A DNA stretch of 64,000 nt from assembly GCA_034670305.1 (NCBI GenBank), contig JAXMNT010000009.1:64001-128000 (forward strand), given 5' to 3'. Made by a program: the position numbers and the translations under genes. Source of the DNA: Deltaproteobacteria bacterium. Lineage in GTDB: Bacteria > Myxococcota_A > Polyangia > Polyangiales > Houyiibacteriaceae. This document shows, in pieces, positions 53,901 through 62,072 of the stretch; within the stretch, counting starts at the first letter, position 1, and each line of letters starts with the position of its first letter. Below the pieces are notes generated by a model, which did not search any database, had not been told where the DNA came from, and saw only the letters and a list, made by a program, of their open reading frames with translations.

Positions 53901-54944
53901 CACGCGGGCACCCACGTCGCCCACCGCGTCCGCGACTTGGAGGTTGGACTGCTTCTCGAGTTCGGCCACCGCTTTGGCGAGCAGCCCGTCATCGTCGATG
54001 ACCGAGAGCAGGTGCCGGTTGCCCCAGATGGACTTCGAAGCGATCGCGGCCGCACGCTTCGCCGGGAGTGCCGTGAACAGCCTCTTGTCGATTTCGAGGT
54101 CTTCGGGCGACGACGAGAAGTAGCCGAGTTCGGCATCCAACGCTTCGGGGACTGGGGTCTTCGCCGCGACGTGCAGCTGCATCCGGAGGTAAGCGACGCG
54201 CCGGGTCCGGTCGCCGTCCTTCGCGGCCGCTGCGGCTTTTCCGATGGCGTCGAGCAGCGCATCGGCCTTGGCGATCTTGGAGAGCGCCGCCACCGCGCGG
54301 GTCCGTGCCGCCTTGCCTCGATGGGTCACGAAGAGTTCGACGGTCTGCGCCTCGTCGAGGTGCGGCAAGATGAGGTCGACCAGCGCCCAACTCACGAAGC
54401 CTGCCTGACCGAGTTTGCGAACGACCGCGGCAGCCAGCGGCTTCTCGGGGATCTTGTCGCCATGCAGGCGGAGCCAGTGACCGTCCCAAATCGGTTCGGT
54501 CTCCATGTACGCGACTGCTACTCGGTCGAGCACCGCGTCCGTCCACTGGTCGGATTCGCCGGTGAGCGCGCGGGTCGCCGCGAAGAGCACCGCGGCTTCG
54601 CCTTGGAGCTTGCCGCCGAGTTCGACCATGGCCTTGCGGTCTCGATCGAGCCCGAGTGTGTAGGCCTGTTCGGCGCGCTCGCTCCATGCCCGGATCGAAT
54701 GGGATGGGTCCCGCAGGGCCTCCTCTGCGTACGCGGTGAGGTCCTCGAGTGTCGCACTCTGTGGGTACTGGATCAGCAGCTGCATTTCGGTGCGCATCTG
54801 GCCGCTGTACTCGCGGAACTCGCCCCACACTCCGTCCCGGAAGCCGCCCCAAATCAACGCGCTCGCGTCGGCGGGATCCATCGCGCGGAGGATCTTCTCC
54901 TGATCGTAGGAGCTTGCTTTCTTCAGTTGGGGGAGGGTGCTCAT
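50943..54944 (-). CDS. HEAT-repeat + DUF4132 protein with a C-terminal PARP-type zinc finger (YehI/MolR-like)
   Basis: HEAT-like repeats; DUF4132-type VPTLDFD, RFEAGMV.GRTW, HPL, QPFEQI; C-terminal SRAKCMHCDKKI...HAAC. Confidence 0.8.
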   Translation of the reverse strand: MSTLPQLKKASSYDQEKILRAMDPADASALIWGGFRDGVWGEFREYSGQMRTEMQLLIQYPQSATLEDLTAYAEEALRDPSHSIRAWSERAEQAYTLGLDRDRKAMVELGGKLQGEAAVLFAATRALTGESDQWTDAVLDRVAVAYMETEPIWDGHWLRLHGDKIPEKPLAAAVVRKLGQAGFVSWALVDLILPHLDEAQTVELFVTHRGKAARTRAVAALSKIAKADALLDAIGKAAAAAKDGDRTRRVAYLRMQLHVAAKTPVPEALDAELGYFSSSPEDLEIDKRLFTALPAKRAAAIASKSIWGNRHLLSVIDDDGLLAKAVAELEKQSNLQVADAVGDVGARVLPHMEAALQGKTSAKLAAPIAHALGRIADPASAELLVALLGHSSKVVREAALVSLDKLDAVAKPALEAGAKAKKKSIRVGCEAALARFEAADAAGDSPLTTLAAAYEKLDAKDKKKITTLPDNDHSYGQHAATLAEEYGTLVLVPIAAWFVETYKASSWKATSRLFGAADVFTGYRGGKGGTDAQKRETAYVVLDAIAQLPKLSVYLVREVVRDTPKRFGAWAAEAANYVLSTRKPALAAPLYEVAAHNPGVAKKALVAGLKESSKGIRETCVAALSKGDESLVDDLLPLLKSKKKDARTSAAKVLEAIASPKAHKALEAALKKEKSEDASVAIEDAIRACGSKADTKAMPSKTSPDKTSPKSSKPGTDAKASGTDAAAWNTELTGGKKARLPKWVDAAALPALKLRSGDALDEAAVGAMIGRLKKEHERMDPLVWSLRPDLDPEAAATFGAALFQQWQTAGKGKSSDKWALYAQAIFADDAWIHSVAPRLDGLSSAGKHAYAGWVLEVFARHGSQAGRDWVGHWADHAMTGGLQKKAIAAVGELAAAAGVDEKTFRGSLDPFVAADQAERRVPTLDFDARGERKVSYGKRDITIRMGADGGLSAVDETGKATKSMPKPKKDDDSAAVTQAKALFKQLQGSVKRTLGSVIRRFEAGMVAGRTWSRSRFDAVFVAHPLMGTVATGLVFATAEGESFRVSEERTQIDADGEDFTLGADAVVRIVHPLELSEQDLPKWRTHLEDAEIAQPFEQIHRPTFPHTGEIDVPKTAMKPGTFLGRVRDAGWNRGYAEDAGMVYTDWIKMPARGVKVELHHSGYYAGGDNSWLEDVKIDSVGFSTLTGQYLDAKKVDPIAFSEVQLAVQRLFGKSQPTPTTPEAKATAVKTDSSGNKQRALTQMGNGFPGADNAPTSRAKCMHCDKKIEKADVRIIIERMIETPRFTGKGPGYMHAACAVEWVEAAGLDLDDFIVQLQQNTGLKKSELPSPFDA

Positions 54945-55327
54945 GCTCGTGCTTCCTTGGCTGCGGTGCCGACGGGTACCGCAGGACTGTCTTGGCTGGA
55001 GGTCGTCGTGGGGCCGCGGGGACGGAATGGTCTTCCGCCGTTGCTGGGCGACGCAACCGACTTTTGGGTTCGGGTGTCGAGCACGCACCCGATGCAAGCC
55101 GCGCGCCGCGTTGTTGGCTTGGCGTCCAGTCGACACCCTCGCGCATCGGTGTCGAAGTTGTCCGCCGAATGTGTCTCTGGCGTCAGTCTCGACCGCTCGG
55201 CCGGTTTTCGGCTCGGTTCGATGGGGGGTCGGTTTGTCACCTCACGGTCGCCCTGGTAGGTAGGCTCGGTCCCAGGCGAGCCCTGGGATGGCGGGTCGAA
55301 ATGGCCCCATCGCCGTGAGGAAATGAG

Positions 55328-55576
55328 ATGGACCGCGCAGGGCTGATCGAGATGTTCAAACGTACCGCGAGCGAGGTGGCCGAGAAGGACTTTGCTGCGC
55401 TCACCGAAGACGACGTGATCGCGGACATGGGCGTCGACTCCCTTCAGATGCTGGAGATGGTCGGGGAGATGGAGCGCGAGCTCGAGATCACCATCCCGGA
55501 CGATTCGCTCGTTGGCATTCAGACCGTCAAGCAGCTCCTCGACCTGGTCGAGAAGCGCGTCGGCGCCACCGACTGA
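55328..55576 (+). CDS. Acyl carrier protein
   Basis: 82 aa, acidic, phosphopantetheine motif MGVDSL. Confidence 0.92.
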   Translation: MDRAGLIEMFKRTASEVAEKDFAALTEDDVIADMGVDSLQMLEMVGEMERELEITIPDDSLVGIQTVKQLLDLVEKRVGATD

Positions 55577-55585
55577 GAGGCGACC

Positions 55586-56419
55586 ATGCCGTCCGACCAG
55601 TTCCACGAGAAGCTGTACCAGAAGTTCCGGACCTTCTTCGACGACGCGGAGGAGAAGCGTCGCTGGAACCCGTACAAGGACGTGCCTTGGGACAAGGTGA
55701 ACGCCGAGGTGCCCGAGCGGCTCGCGCTGTGTGCCGAGACGTTCCTCGGCGTCGAGAGCTACCTGCCCGACTACATTCGCGGTGGCCTTCGTTCGGTGCG
55801 CATGAGCACGATCGGGCAGCGCTGGTTCACCGCCAACTGGGGCTACGAGGAACTGAAGCACTCCATTGCGCTGATGGAGTACCTCATCGTCTCGGGCAAA
55901 CGCACCCAGGAGCAGATGTTCGACTTCCAGGCGCGGCTGATGGAAGACGAGTGGGAGGTTCCGTTCCACACCGATCGACGCATGACGATCTACGGCATGT
56001 TCCAGGAGCAGGCGACGTTCGTCATCTACCTGCGCCACGAGAAGCTCGCGCAGAAGTTCAACGACCCAGCGCTCGCCGCGGTGTACCGCTTCAACGCGCG
56101 GGACGAATGCGCCCACGCGAAGTTCTACGAAGACGTCGTGCGCTGCTACCTCGAGGACGACCGCGAGGGTGGGCTCGCTGATCTCAGCTACGTCGCCAAA
56201 CACTTCAAGATGCCCGGCGTCGGCCTCGTGCCGGACTACGACCAGCGCATCGAAGTGATGCGGGACGAAGGCGGCATGGACCGCGACGTCTTCCTCAAGA
56301 AGGTCTACTTCCCGCTGCTCAAGCGGCTCGGCGTGACGCGCCAAGAGCTCGTCGCGATCGCGGCCGCCGAACGCAAAGCCGCGAAGCTCGCCCGCGAAGC
56401 CAGCCCACCCGCGGAGTAG
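55586..56419 (+). CDS. Acyl-ACP desaturase-like ferritin-fold di-iron enzyme
   Basis: VESYLPDY, W..EELKH, FQEQAT, DECAH, FKMPG. Confidence 0.85.
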   Translation: MPSDQFHEKLYQKFRTFFDDAEEKRRWNPYKDVPWDKVNAEVPERLALCAETFLGVESYLPDYIRGGLRSVRMSTIGQRWFTANWGYEELKHSIALMEYLIVSGKRTQEQMFDFQARLMEDEWEVPFHTDRRMTIYGMFQEQATFVIYLRHEKLAQKFNDPALAAVYRFNARDECAHAKFYEDVVRCYLEDDREGGLADLSYVAKHFKMPGVGLVPDYDQRIEVMRDEGGMDRDVFLKKVYFPLLKRLGVTRQELVAIAAAERKAAKLAREASPPAE

Positions 56420-56460
56420 CGCGAGGGAGCGCACGGCCGGTTCCACCGGTAGACTGTGGC

Positions 56461-56994
56461 ATGCGGAGAATCGGTCCTTCGGTGGTGTGTAGCTTGGTGC
56501 TCGCGTTCGGATTCGTCTGGGGCGCGGCCGCTGATCAAAGCGTCGACGCGGGGGTCGATGCCCAGGGTGGCGCGGACCAGGGTGGCGCGGACGGCAGCGT
56601 CGATGCCGATCTGGACGCACCGGACACGCAGGCGGCAACGAACCCCGACGCGGAGGCGCGCGGGCCCGAGTCTGCGGACGCGGACGAGGTCCGTCGCCGC
56701 TCGCGCCGCGACCGGTCGGAGCGGGTCCGGTCGGAGCGGGTCCGGTCGGAGCGGGTCCGGTACCACCCAGACCTCAAGGTGCCGGAGATTTTCCGGTCGC
56801 CTGCCGCCCGCGAGACAGGCGGCCGTGTGGACCGACGACGTCGGGTGCGTCCGGCGGCGGGCGCCCGCAGCGCGCTGAAGATTCCAGATCTCTTTCGCAC
56901 CCCTGGGCAAACTTCGACGCGAACATCGCCGGGCCGTCCGTCCCAGACCGACCGCAGTGGAAGCGAGCTGAAGATCCCGGACATCTTTCGATAG
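56461..56994 (+). CDS. Secreted disordered protein with three LK(V/I)P(E/D)(I/L)FR motifs
   Basis: Signal peptide; SERVR x3; repeated motif, the last copy at the C-terminus. Confidence 0.55.
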   Translation: MRRIGPSVVCSLVLAFGFVWGAAADQSVDAGVDAQGGADQGGADGSVDADLDAPDTQAATNPDAEARGPESADADEVRRRSRRDRSERVRSERVRSERVRYHPDLKVPEIFRSPAARETGGRVDRRRRVRPAAGARSALKIPDLFRTPGQTSTRTSPGRPSQTDRSGSELKIPDIFR

Positions 56995-57031
56995 TTCGGA
57001 CTAGTACCGCCGCCCGCAGCGTTCCCCTCGC

Positions 57032-57292
57032 ATGCGAGAGATGAAGCTCAGTGTCGCGGGCTGGGTGCTGCTTGGGGTGGCCATGCTGGTCTCCGCAGCC
57101 GTCAGCTACAGCATGCTCCAGGCCGACTACCGGATGGCGCGCCTTCAACACATCGCGGCCGGACCGGGGCTCTCGGAGTTCGGCGGCACCTACGCGTTCT
57201 TGGCGTTTGTGATCGCCGCGCTGTTCGTGGCCGGTTCGTTGTGTGTGCTGTGGGGCCGCTCGAGCGAGCGGGTCAGTAGACGAACGGGATGA
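57032..57292 (+). CDS. Small two-TM membrane protein
   Basis: Two hydrophobic helices; 3' end overlaps the reductase gene. Confidence 0.5.
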   Translation: MREMKLSVAGWVLLGVAMLVSAAVSYSMLQADYRMARLQHIAAGPGLSEFGGTYAFLAFVIAALFVAGSLCVLWGRSSERVSRRTG

Positions 57293-58397
57293 TTCGGAAG
57301 CGCGCCTTCTGGCAGTACTGCGCCCAGAGCGCGCCGTACTTCTTGCGGCACTTGCGATCGTCGCGGCCGGCGCGCTGGGTTAGCAGCACCACCAGCGTGG
57401 CCGGCAGCACGTACGGCCAGGGTGCCTCGAACCCGGCGCAGAGCGCGAAGCTCAGGTACACGCCGATCTCGCCGGTGTAGTTGATCTTGCGGCCGATGCC
57501 CCAGAAGCCGCTGATGAGCAGGCGGCCGTTCAACGTCTCGGGCGGCTTGCCCCAGATGGGCGCGCTCGGATCCCGCTTGAACCGATCCTTCTGCCAGTTG
57601 CTGCCCCGGAACACCCAGTGCGAGAGCAGGTGGAAGAGCACCAGCGCGACCAAGGTGTAGATGGGCGGAGACTCGTACACCCCATCGGTCCACCCGGCAT
57701 CGAGCACCCACCAGCCGCAGAGGCTGTACAGAAACGGCACGTACACCAGATCGCCCCACACCAGCATGAAGCCGAACCGCTCCGCGATGATGTCCCAGGT
57801 GGAGAGCATGAAGTCCTCCCGCACGTAGTGCGTGAAGAGGTACGCCCAGACGAAGGCCTGGTAGATCCACATCTGAATGCTCACCGCGCCGTAGGTCTCG
57901 AGCTGGGCCGAGACGAACGCGACGTTCATCAGCCACAGCCCGATCAAACTCGGCTGGTACATGAACATCTTCAGATCGACACCGAAGAGCGTTGGGTTGA
58001 GTTCTGGTCCGAACCAGAGGTCTTTCCACCAGGCGTCTTCTTCGGTCGTCCCGCTCGATGCCGCGCGGCGGCGGCGACCCACCACGAAGAGCCACGCGGT
58101 GATCAAGACCGCGACCACGTTGGCCACGACGAAGTACGACCAGAAGTGCCTCAGCAGGTCCGAGAGCGAGTGCCCCGTCGCGAGCCAGACCGCGGCGGCG
58201 GCGTTGGTCCCGAGGAACGAAGAGAGCCCGGTCAGCCGGTACGTCTTGCGGTCGCCATTCGGCTGCGGGAAACCCTCGCGCTTCGGGCCGGGGAGCACCA
58301 TCGCACCCACGAAGAGCACCGCGAAGAAACCGGTGGTCAGCAAGGCCGCCCGCAAGACGAGCGGGCCGGTCAGCGGCGCGATGGTGAACTCTTCCAC
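57273..58397 (-). CDS. ERG4/ERG24-family sterol reductase
   Basis: FGPELNP, DLKMF, FGFMLVWGDL, LLISGFWG..RKINYTGE, RDDRKCRKKYG...YC....FRIIPFVY. Confidence 0.92.
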   Translation of the reverse strand: MEEFTIAPLTGPLVLRAALLTTGFFAVLFVGAMVLPGPKREGFPQPNGDRKTYRLTGLSSFLGTNAAAAVWLATGHSLSDLLRHFWSYFVVANVVAVLITAWLFVVGRRRRAASSGTTEEDAWWKDLWFGPELNPTLFGVDLKMFMYQPSLIGLWLMNVAFVSAQLETYGAVSIQMWIYQAFVWAYLFTHYVREDFMLSTWDIIAERFGFMLVWGDLVYVPFLYSLCGWWVLDAGWTDGVYESPPIYTLVALVLFHLLSHWVFRGSNWQKDRFKRDPSAPIWGKPPETLNGRLLISGFWGIGRKINYTGEIGVYLSFALCAGFEAPWPYVLPATLVVLLTQRAGRDDRKCRKKYGALWAQYCQKARFRIIPFVY

Positions 58398-58409
58398 GCG
58401 GAAGCTGGC

Positions 58410-59261
58410 TTAGATCTTCTTGAGCTTCATCTGCACATCGCTCGACCAGTGGGCGTCGAACGCGCGCACGCAGGTGTCGAGGTAACGCTCGTAGTCGACG
58501 AAGACTTGGTCGCCCCACTTCGCGCGGATGGTGTCCTCGTGGAGCCGGAGTCGACGCAGCCACTCGCCGGTGGTCTTGCCGTAGCTGACCCGCTGGGTGC
58601 GCACTTCGAGGATCTCCCAGCTCGGGTTCACCGCGGCGGTGAGCTCCTCGAGGCGCGGGTTCAGGCCGCCAGGGAAGATGACGTCGGCGGTGAAGGCGAG
58701 GTCTTCGAGGTCTTTGCGGGTGCGCGGGATGCGGTTGCGCAGGATCGCCTGGAAGCCGAAACACGCGCCCGGCTTCACCCACTTGGCGACCTTGGTGAAG
58801 TACGTGCGGTAGAGATCGATCGCCATGCCCTTGCGGGACTGCTCGGGCGAGCAGAGGTGGTCGATCATCTCGATCGAGATGAGCCCGTCGTAGAGCTCTT
58901 CGGGTTGGAAGTCTTTGTAGTCGCAGACGATGGCTTTGACGCCGTCGAGTTTCTTGGCGTCGATCCATTCGCACTGGGCGGTGGAGAGCGTGATGCCGTG
59001 GGCGCGTTTCACGCCGCGTTCGCGCACCAGGTACTCGAGGTTGCTGCCCCAGCCGCAGCCGATGTCCATCACCAGGCTGTCGGGCGTGACCTCGGCGTAG
59101 TCCGCGAGGATCTTGCACTTCTGGATCTGGGCTTGCTCCAGCGTCTCGTCGCCGGTGAGGTAACTCCCCGACGTGTAGTGCATGTTCTCGTCGAGCCAGA
59201 GGTTGAAGAACTCGTTCGAGACGTCGTAGGAGACTTCGATGTCGGATTGGGTGCTCGTCAT
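58410..59261 (-). CDS. Mycolic-acid/cyclopropane-synthase-type SAM methyltransferase (short form)
   Basis: YDVSNEFF.LWLD, TLEQAQ, DIGCGWG, IFPGG; 283 aa. Confidence 0.85.
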   Translation of the reverse strand: MTSTQSDIEVSYDVSNEFFNLWLDENMHYTSGSYLTGDETLEQAQIQKCKILADYAEVTPDSLVMDIGCGWGSNLEYLVRERGVKRAHGITLSTAQCEWIDAKKLDGVKAIVCDYKDFQPEELYDGLISIEMIDHLCSPEQSRKGMAIDLYRTYFTKVAKWVKPGACFGFQAILRNRIPRTRKDLEDLAFTADVIFPGGLNPRLEELTAAVNPSWEILEVRTQRVSYGKTTGEWLRRLRLHEDTIRAKWGDQVFVDYERYLDTCVRAFDAHWSSDVQMKLKKI

Positions 59262-59289
59262 GGCCCCGAGACCATGCCCCGAGATCGCC

Positions 59290-59458
59290 GAGCCGGCCAG
59301 TGGCCGGCTCCCCTTGCCCGTGCCCTTGCCCGTGCCCTTGCCCGAGGTGCGGTCCGAAGCCGATCCCGAAGCCGAAGCCGATCCCGATCCCGAAGCCGAT
59401 CCCGAAGCCGATCCCGCCGCCGACCCCGACCCCGACCCCGACCCCGATCCCGACCCCG
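59290..59458 (+). repeat. Hairpin + (CCCTTG/CCCGTG)n + (SCCGAN)n composite repeat
   Basis: GAGCCGGCCA-G-TGGCCGGCTC followed by hexamer tracts. Confidence 0.85.
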
Positions 59459-59459
59459 C

Positions 59460-60281
59460 TCAGACCGAGGCGATCAGCCGGCGGAGCCCCGTCTCGAGCG
59501 TGACGGTGGCCTTCCAGCCCAGCTGTTCCTGGGCGCGGGTCGCGTCCAGCAGGTAGCGCTGGGCCTCGCCGGGGCGCTGGGCGCGGGCGCCGAACCGGAG
59601 GAGGGCTTCGCGGTCGGGGCCAATGAGGCGCGCCAGGGTGCCGAGCACGTCTTTCACCGAGACCTCGACGCCGGAGCCCGCGTTGTAGCACCCGGGCTCG
59701 GCGTCCCACTCGAAGCAGCGGACGATGAGTCGGACCACGTCGGAGACCTCCACGAAGTCGCGCGTCTGGGTGCCGGTGGTGGTGTCGACCGGCTCTGCGG
59801 CGACGAGGGACCGGACCACACTCGGGAGCAACATGCCCGGTCGCTGATGCGGCCCATAGACCACCGGCAGGCGCAGAATGAAGCAGCGCGCGCCAAGTTT
59901 CGTTGCGGCCGCCGCCACGGCTTCTTCTCCACGCAGTTTGGCGCGGCCGTACGGGCTCTCGGGTCGAGGTTCGGCGTCTTCTCGAAACGGGATCTCGAGG
60001 CGTCCGTACACCTCCCCGCTGCTGAGGAACACGACCGTCTTTGCGCCGCTCGCCTCGAGGGCGCGGACCGGCGCGTCCACGTGCGCTTCCTCCATCTCGG
60101 CTTCTTCCCCGCGCCCGCCGGCCGCCCACAGAAGTCCGTCGGCCCGGACCGCCGTCTCGCCCCGACCGAAGCCTGCCACGGACCAGTCGTCCGAGTCGGC
60201 GCGGACCTTCGCCTGCGCGCTCCAGTAGCGCGCGACGTGCCCGCCGATGAAGCCGCGGCTCCCCCCGATCGCAATCCGCAT
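59460..60281 (-). CDS. NAD-dependent epimerase/reductase (extended SDR)
   Basis: GSRGFIG, SSGEVYG, YGRAK, RDFV. Confidence 0.88.
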   Translation of the reverse strand: MRIAIGGSRGFIGGHVARYWSAQAKVRADSDDWSVAGFGRGETAVRADGLLWAAGGRGEEAEMEEAHVDAPVRALEASGAKTVVFLSSGEVYGRLEIPFREDAEPRPESPYGRAKLRGEEAVAAAATKLGARCFILRLPVVYGPHQRPGMLLPSVVRSLVAAEPVDTTTGTQTRDFVEVSDVVRLIVRCFEWDAEPGCYNAGSGVEVSVKDVLGTLARLIGPDREALLRFGARAQRPGEAQRYLLDATRAQEQLGWKATVTLETGLRRLIASV

Positions 60282-60285
60282 CTGG

Positions 60286-61284
60286 CTACGCGAGCAGCTC
60301 GCGGTACCACTGCGCGGTCTGCTCGAGCCCCTCTTTCAGACCGTGTCTGGGTTTCCAGCCGAGTCGCTCGCGTGCTTTGGTCGAGGAGAGGTACTGGGCT
60401 TTGATCTCGTGGCTGCCCTGGTTGAGCACCTCCGGCACCAAGTCCGTCCGGCCGGCTGCTTCGAGCACGCACTGCACGATTTCGACCACACTCTGCGGAC
60501 GTTCGTCGGAGAAGTTGAACGCCTGTCCCACCACGTCGTCGCGGTCCATCTGCTCGGCGAGCTCGAGGTACGCGCTTACTGCGTCGCCGACGTACACGTA
60601 GTCGCGCACGAACTTGCCGTTGCTGCGGATGATCGGTGCTTCGCCACGAATGGCGGACCGGAGCGTCCCAGGCACGATGCGGTTCCAGTTGAGGTCGCCC
60701 GCGCCGAAGAGGTTCCCACAGCGCGTGATGCAGGTCGGGACGCGGTACGTCTCGAAGTAGGAGCGTGTGATCAGATCGGTGCAGCTCTTTGAGCAGTCGT
60801 AGGGGAAGCGGCCTTCGAGCGGCGCATCTTCTTCGTAGGGCAGGGTGGGTTGGTCGCCGTACGCTTTGTCGCTGGACGCGACGAGGACGCGGCCGATGGT
60901 CTTGGCGTTGCGGCGGCATGCTTCGAGAAGCTGGTAGGTGCCGCGTACGTTGGCTTCCCAGGTCGAGAGCGGGTTGCGGTTCGCGGTGCCGACGATCGTC
61001 TGCGCCCCGAGGTGCATGACCGTCTCGATCTCATGTTCGTTCAGCGCGCGTTCGAGCAGCGGGTAGTCTTCGAGCGCCCCGCGCACGATCACGACCTTCT
61101 TCTCGAGGCCCAGTCTCGCGAAGTGGCTCTGCGAGACCTGGTCGCGCACGAGGCACACGACCTGTGCGCCTTGCGCAACCAGCGCTTCGCACATGTGGCT
61201 GCCGAGCAGACCGGTGGCGCCGGTGACGAACACCGGCCGGTCGAGCCAGAATGGTTTGGCCTCGCTCATATCGGTGTCGCTCAC
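60286..61284 (-). CDS. NDP-sugar 4,6-dehydratase (RfbG-like extended SDR)
   Basis: VTGATGLLG, SSDKAYG, YDCSK, TRCGNLFG. Confidence 0.85.
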   Translation of the reverse strand: MSDTDMSEAKPFWLDRPVFVTGATGLLGSHMCEALVAQGAQVVCLVRDQVSQSHFARLGLEKKVVIVRGALEDYPLLERALNEHEIETVMHLGAQTIVGTANRNPLSTWEANVRGTYQLLEACRRNAKTIGRVLVASSDKAYGDQPTLPYEEDAPLEGRFPYDCSKSCTDLITRSYFETYRVPTCITRCGNLFGAGDLNWNRIVPGTLRSAIRGEAPIIRSNGKFVRDYVYVGDAVSAYLELAEQMDRDDVVGQAFNFSDERPQSVVEIVQCVLEAAGRTDLVPEVLNQGSHEIKAQYLSSTKARERLGWKPRHGLKEGLEQTAQWYRELLA

Positions 61285-62072
61285 GTCCAGGTCTTCCACG
61301 GCGCGTCGCCGTCGTTCCAGTCGTTCTCGAGTTTCAAGAGGTCGCGGTAGGTGTCCATGCACTGCCAGTAGCCGTGGTGCGCGAACATCTGGAGCTCGCC
61401 GTCGGCCGCGGCTTTCTCGAGCGGCGCGCGCTCGAGCACACAGTCGTCGTCGGCGTCGACGTAGTCGAGGAACCGGCGTTTGAGCGCGAAGAACCCGCCG
61501 TTCATGTAGCCCTTCTCGACCGGCTTCTCGCTGAAGCTCGTGACCTGGCTTCCGTCGATGGCGAGCTCGCCGAACCGGCCGGCCGGGCGCACACCGGTCA
61601 CGGTGGCGGCGCGTCCGTGGCCGCGGTGGAACTTCAGGAGCGCCGCGACGTCCACGCTCGAGACGCCGTCGCCGTAGGTCAGCATGAAGTCTTCGGCGTC
61701 GATGTGGGGGGCGACCTTCTTCAGTCGCGCGCCGGTCATCGCGTTCTGGCCGGTGTCCACGCAGGTCACCTTCCAGTCGACCGACTGACGTTTGTGGTAG
61801 TCGATGCTCCCAGACTTCAGATCGATCGTGAAGTCGCTCTCCATGGCCGCGAAGTCCAAGAAGTATTGCTTGATGACGTCGCCGAGGTAGCCGAGGCAGA
61901 GGATGAACTCGCGGTGACCTTGGCCCGCGTAGAAGTTCATGATGTGCCAGAGGATGGGCCGCCCCGCGAGCTCGATCATCGGCTTCGGTTTGCGGTGGGT
62001 CTCTTCGCGGAATCGGGTGCCTTGCCCACCGCAGAGAATGACCACTGGGACGCTCGGTTCTGCTTCGCTCAC
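61281..62072 (-). CDS. rfbF: Glucose-1-phosphate cytidylyltransferase
   Basis: ILCGGQGTR..EET..PKPM, MTGARL, TYGDG, GYWQCMDT.RD. Confidence 0.93.
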   Translation of the reverse strand: MSEAEPSVPVVILCGGQGTRFREETHRKPKPMIELAGRPILWHIMNFYAGQGHREFILCLGYLGDVIKQYFLDFAAMESDFTIDLKSGSIDYHKRQSVDWKVTCVDTGQNAMTGARLKKVAPHIDAEDFMLTYGDGVSSVDVAALLKFHRGHGRAATVTGVRPAGRFGELAIDGSQVTSFSEKPVEKGYMNGGFFALKRRFLDYVDADDDCVLERAPLEKAAADGELQMFAHHGYWQCMDTYRDLLKLENDWNDGDAPWKTWT

